DNA of 64,000 nucleotides from Escherichia coli (GTDB lineage Bacteria; Pseudomonadota; Gammaproteobacteria; Enterobacterales; Enterobacteriaceae): NCBI RefSeq assembly GCF_044324875.1, contig NZ_CP172185.1; one strand, 5' to 3'. Shown piece by piece: positions 60,652 to 64,000 of this stretch (position 1 is its first letter; each line of letters starts with the position of its first letter). The notes under the pieces were generated by a model. It saw only the letters and a program-made list of their open reading frames with translations, ran no database searches and was not told where the DNA came from. The position numbers and the translations under genes were made by a program.

Positions 60652-61917
60652 ATGAAAAATTCTGAACTGAATCATCGTCGCCAGCAGGCGACTCCCCGTG
60701 GTGTGGGGGTAATGTGTGACTACTTTGTCGGGAAAGCGGAGAACGCCACGCTGTGGGATGTGGAAGGCAATGAAGTTATCGACTTTGCCGCCGGTATTGC
60801 CGTACTGAACACCGGCCATCGGCATCCAAAAATTGTGGCGGCGGTAGAGCAGCAGTTGCAGTCGTTTACCCATACCGCTTATCAGATTGTCCCTTATGAG
60901 AGTTACGTTTCGCTTGCAGAACGTATTAATGCTGTCGCCCCTGTCGATGGACCTGCCAAAACGGCATTTTTTACCACCGGTGCCGAAGCAGTTGAAAATG
61001 CGGTGAAAATTGCGCGCGCATACACCGGTCGTCCGGGGATTATTACTTTTGGCGGTGGGTTCCATGGTCGTACATTCATGACCATGGCACTCACGGGCAA
61101 AGTCGCTCCCTACAAAACAGGGTTTGGCCCGTTCCCGGGCTCAGTTTACCACGCCGTCTATCCTAATGATGCCCATGGCATTTCCGTTGATGATGCTCTC
61201 AGGAGTCTTGATCGTATCTTTAAAGCAGATATTCCTGCTGATCAGGTCGCCGCGATTGTACTGGAGCCCGTTCAGGGAGAAGGCGGGTTCAATGTCGCTC
61301 CGGCCGCTTTTATGCAGGCATTGCGTGAGTTGTGCGATACACACGGGATCCTGCTGGTTGCCGACGAAGTACAGACCGGTTTTGCCCGTACTGGCAGGCT
61401 ATTTGCGATGCAGCACTACGCTGTGAAAGCCGATCTGATAACAATGGCGAAAAGTCTGGCTGGCGGCTTCCCGTTATCGGGGGTTGTGGGGCGTGCCGAA
61501 GTCATGGATGCCCCGGCTCCGGGAGGACTGGGAGGTACTTATGCCGGTAATCCGCTGGCAGTAGCTGCTGCGCATGCGGTGCTGGATATCATTGAAGAAG
61601 AACAGCTCTGCCAGCGTGCCGATCAACTTGGCGAACATCTGAAAGAGGTGCTCAGTCAGGCCCGGGCAGGATGTCCGGCAATTGCGGATGTGCGTGGACT
61701 GGGTTCAATGGTGGCAGTGGAGTTTAACAATCCGCAAAGCGGTGAGCCGTCGGCGGAATATGCACGACAGGTACAGCACAAAGCCCGGGAAAACGGCCTG
61801 CTGCTGTTGAACTGTGGTATCTACGGTAACGTTATCCGTTTTCTCTACCCTTTAACAATCCCGGATGCTCAGTTCAGCAAAGCGCTGAATATTCTGACCC
61901 GAATTCTGCGTACCTGA
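60652..61917 (+). CDS. class III aminotransferase, 4-aminobutyrate aminotransferase PuuE/GabT paralogue
   Basis: ORF 60625-61917; ATG at 60652 preceded by AGGAGAG; MKNSELNHRRQQATPRGVGVMCDYFVGKAENATLWDVEGNEVIDFAAGIAVLNTGHRHP... resembles PuuE more than GabT. Confidence 0.85.
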   Translation: MKNSELNHRRQQATPRGVGVMCDYFVGKAENATLWDVEGNEVIDFAAGIAVLNTGHRHPKIVAAVEQQLQSFTHTAYQIVPYESYVSLAERINAVAPVDGPAKTAFFTTGAEAVENAVKIARAYTGRPGIITFGGGFHGRTFMTMALTGKVAPYKTGFGPFPGSVYHAVYPNDAHGISVDDALRSLDRIFKADIPADQVAAIVLEPVQGEGGFNVAPAAFMQALRELCDTHGILLVADEVQTGFARTGRLFAMQHYAVKADLITMAKSLAGGFPLSGVVGRAEVMDAPAPGGLGGTYAGNPLAVAAAHAVLDIIEEEQLCQRADQLGEHLKEVLSQARAGCPAIADVRGLGSMVAVEFNNPQSGEPSAEYARQVQHKARENGLLLLNCGIYGNVIRFLYPLTIPDAQFSKALNILTRILRT

Positions 61918-62051
61918 TATGCACGGAAAATTGCCACAACGGCAGGGAAGCCTTTCTTTCCCACGTGTCGTTTGTGCCAGGCGTGAGTGATTTATTCCTG
62001 ATATCACCTTTTTCCGGCGGCAATAGTCGCCGGTGTAATACGGAATCTGTT

Positions 62052-63296
62052 ATGTCTGAAAATGCCACCTTTTCCCCTGAACAGTCATGCCGCAAACATA
62101 CCGCTGCGCCGGCGAAATCCCTGAGTTTCGTTGAAGGTGTGTCGATGATTGTCGGCACGAACATTGGCGCAGGTGTACTGTCTGTGGCCTACGCCTCCGG
62201 TAAAGCCGGTTTTCTGCCGCTGTTATTCTGGCTCGTGCTGGTCGGGAGCCTGACCACCATAACCATGCTGTATGTGGCTGAATCGACTTTACGTACCCGT
62301 AAACATTTGCAGTTAAGCGGATTGTCACATCGTTATGTCGGACGCTGTGGCGCGCTGATAATGTTCCTTTCCGTCTGTGTGAACAGCGTTGGCGCTCTGA
62401 TTGCATATATGAGCGGAAGCGGTAAGCTGCTGCACTCACTGCTGGGCATTTCTCCAGCTCTGGGTAGCATGTTATTTTTCATTCCCGCCGCAGGAGTGCT
62501 TTATCTCGGCCTGAAAGCGATAGGTCGCGGGGAAAAATTTATAAGTATCGGTATGGTGGTGATGCTCACTATCCTTATCGTCGCCACAATGCTGAAAGAC
62601 ACAACACAAATGCGTTACCTGCTGGATGGCAACTGGCTGTATATGGTGCCGGTCTTTAACGTTGTGGCATTTTGTTTCTCGGCACAATATATTGTTCCGG
62701 AAATGGCGCGCGGTTTTTCTGATAAACCAGAAAAATTGCCGAAGGCAATTATGGTCGGGATGGGAATTACCTTCATTCTGCTGGCTCTGGTGCCTATGTC
62801 TGTCATAGCACTCAACGGGCTGGACAATATTTCTGATGTGGCGACCATTTCCTGGGGACGTGCGCTGGGTGAGTGGGCCTTTTTCTCTGCGAATCTGTTT
62901 GCTCTTTGCGCGATGCTGACTTCTTACTGGGGACTTGGTGGCAGTTTTCTGACCAATATCGTTGACCAGTTCAGTCCGGGCGATGACAGCCAGCCTCTAA
63001 GACGCTTTCTGTTACTGCTGATCGTTGTCATACCACCGTTTATTCTTGCTTATAGCGGCATGGTATCGTTTGTAAATGCGCTTTATTTTGCGGGGGTCTT
63101 CAGTGGCGTGGTCCTGTCTGTTATGCCCATTCTGATACTGAAAGGGGCGCGCCAGCACGGTGACCTGACACCTGGCTGGACGTGTCCTGCACTCATTATT
63201 CATCCGCTACTCCAGAGCTTTATTGTGTTGTTATATCTCTGTAGCGCTGCGTATGCAATTGCTTCTGCGCTGGGCCATCTCCCGGCAGGCTGGTAA
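62052..63296 (+). CDS. amino acid permease, HAAAP-type by composition (family assignment tentative)
   Basis: ORF 61965-63296; internal ATG at 62052 (MSENATFSPEQ...); about 415 aa, polytopic. Confidence 0.65.
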   Translation: MSENATFSPEQSCRKHTAAPAKSLSFVEGVSMIVGTNIGAGVLSVAYASGKAGFLPLLFWLVLVGSLTTITMLYVAESTLRTRKHLQLSGLSHRYVGRCGALIMFLSVCVNSVGALIAYMSGSGKLLHSLLGISPALGSMLFFIPAAGVLYLGLKAIGRGEKFISIGMVVMLTILIVATMLKDTTQMRYLLDGNWLYMVPVFNVVAFCFSAQYIVPEMARGFSDKPEKLPKAIMVGMGITFILLALVPMSVIALNGLDNISDVATISWGRALGEWAFFSANLFALCAMLTSYWGLGGSFLTNIVDQFSPGDDSQPLRRFLLLLIVVIPPFILAYSGMVSFVNALYFAGVFSGVVLSVMPILILKGARQHGDLTPGWTCPALIIHPLLQSFIVLLYLCSAAYAIASALGHLPAGW

Positions 63297-63609
63297 ACAT
63301 AAAGGAAAAGTATTATCGACCTCCTGTATATTAAAATTGAGTTAGCATAGTGACGAACAGATTTGGCAGGGCATATGTAGCCTGCTCCCCTCCGGGGTTT
63401 AAAGCTCTTTTTGTAAGCAACGGGCGCATGTGCTGACCCACTCATTTGACATCATGACGGTTTATCTGTACGTCACCATAACGCATTTTATAAGAATGTT
63501 TTTTGTCCCATAACAGGTGTCCACTGGTTAAAAAGGTGGGCACCTGTCGTTACCAGTACTGGCTTAATTGCTACATACGGCTGTCGGTTTACGCTTACTT
63601 TCAACTTGT

Positions 63610-63686
63610 GGGTAAGGGGATGGAGTGCGAATAAATGATCGAGCTTCGTGCGAATCACTGATCGAATACATCGGAATGCGCACTCT
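63610..63686. repeat. solo terminal-repeat remnant of an IS21-family element
   Basis: tgatcgaatacatcggaatgcgcac closely parallels the right terminus of the IS21-family copy at 37237-37262 (tgatcgaatagagcggaatacgca); preceded by further gtgcgaat/gatcg repeats; no transposase genes adjacent. Confidence 0.4.
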
Positions 63687-63855
63687 GAAGCAAACTTAAA
63701 ACATCTCTGCACCATTCCATGCACGCATAAAAGTCATTCCGGCATTTCATTTTACATAACATAAACAGAACAATAATAATTACAACAACATTCACACCAG
63801 CATTACAGAACACACTCTGTCTGTTGTTATCACCAGAAATATCAGGAGTATTTAA

Positions 63856-64000
63856 ATGATTATTTCCTCACCTGCAGATTACAGGGACGCCGCAAAACAC
63901 AGACTGCCACGCTTTCTTTTTGATTACATAGACGGCGGGGCTGTTACTGAAAAAACCATGCATGAAAATATGACCTCTTTATCTTCGGTCAGCCTCCGGC
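63856..64000 (+). CDS. FMN-dependent alpha-hydroxy acid dehydrogenase (LldD-like), N-terminal part; continues beyond window
   Basis: ATG at 63856 preceded by [52 protein letters not shown] parallels the LldD N-terminus. Confidence 0.6.
   Translation, partial: MIISSPADYRDAAKHRLPRFLFDYIDGGAVTEKTMHENMTSLSSVSLR

Noticed and set aside
63488-63724. 78-aa minus-strand ORF
   Set aside because: Lies across the IS-terminus-like repeats in the intergenic region; Cys/Arg-rich, no SD.

Overview
Escherichia coli-type chromosomal window. Positions 1-30,070 are conserved core genome, colinear in inverted orientation with the K-12 yceM-rimJ-mdtH-grxB-yceB-pyrC-dinI-bssS-solA-yceJ-yceI-yceA-lpxL-mdtG-msyB-opgGH-opgC-clsC-ymdBA-curli (csgBAC/csgDEFG)-ycdZYX-ghrA-serX region; the only anomaly there is an apparent frameshift splitting mdtG. 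From the 3' end of tRNA-Ser (29941-30028) to the window end lies a mosaic accessory region of at least 34 kb. It contains: (i) a decaying CP4-44/CP4-57-like module (DUF932, antirestriction, RadC-like, YeeT, CbeA/CbtA toxin-antitoxin, YeeW-like, Ag43/flu, YeeP-like GTPase), in which flu has an in-frame amber codon plus an IS66-family insertion at its start codon and an IS21-family element sits on the RBS of the antirestriction gene; (ii) a 3' integrase remnant marking an internal junction; (iii) an afuABC-like ferric ABC transporter; (iv) an uncharacterised split biotin-dependent carboxylase cluster (LamB/YcsF + BCCP + biotin carboxylase + KipI + KipA homologues) whose BCCP gene is interrupted by IS2; (v) a MocR-type regulator / PuuE-like aminotransferase / HAAAP-type permease / LldD-like dehydrogenase cluster. 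No CRISPR array, rRNA or phage structural genes were seen. All identifications are by reading the supplied translations against remembered protein families; no database search was run, and coordinates of starts are proposals.
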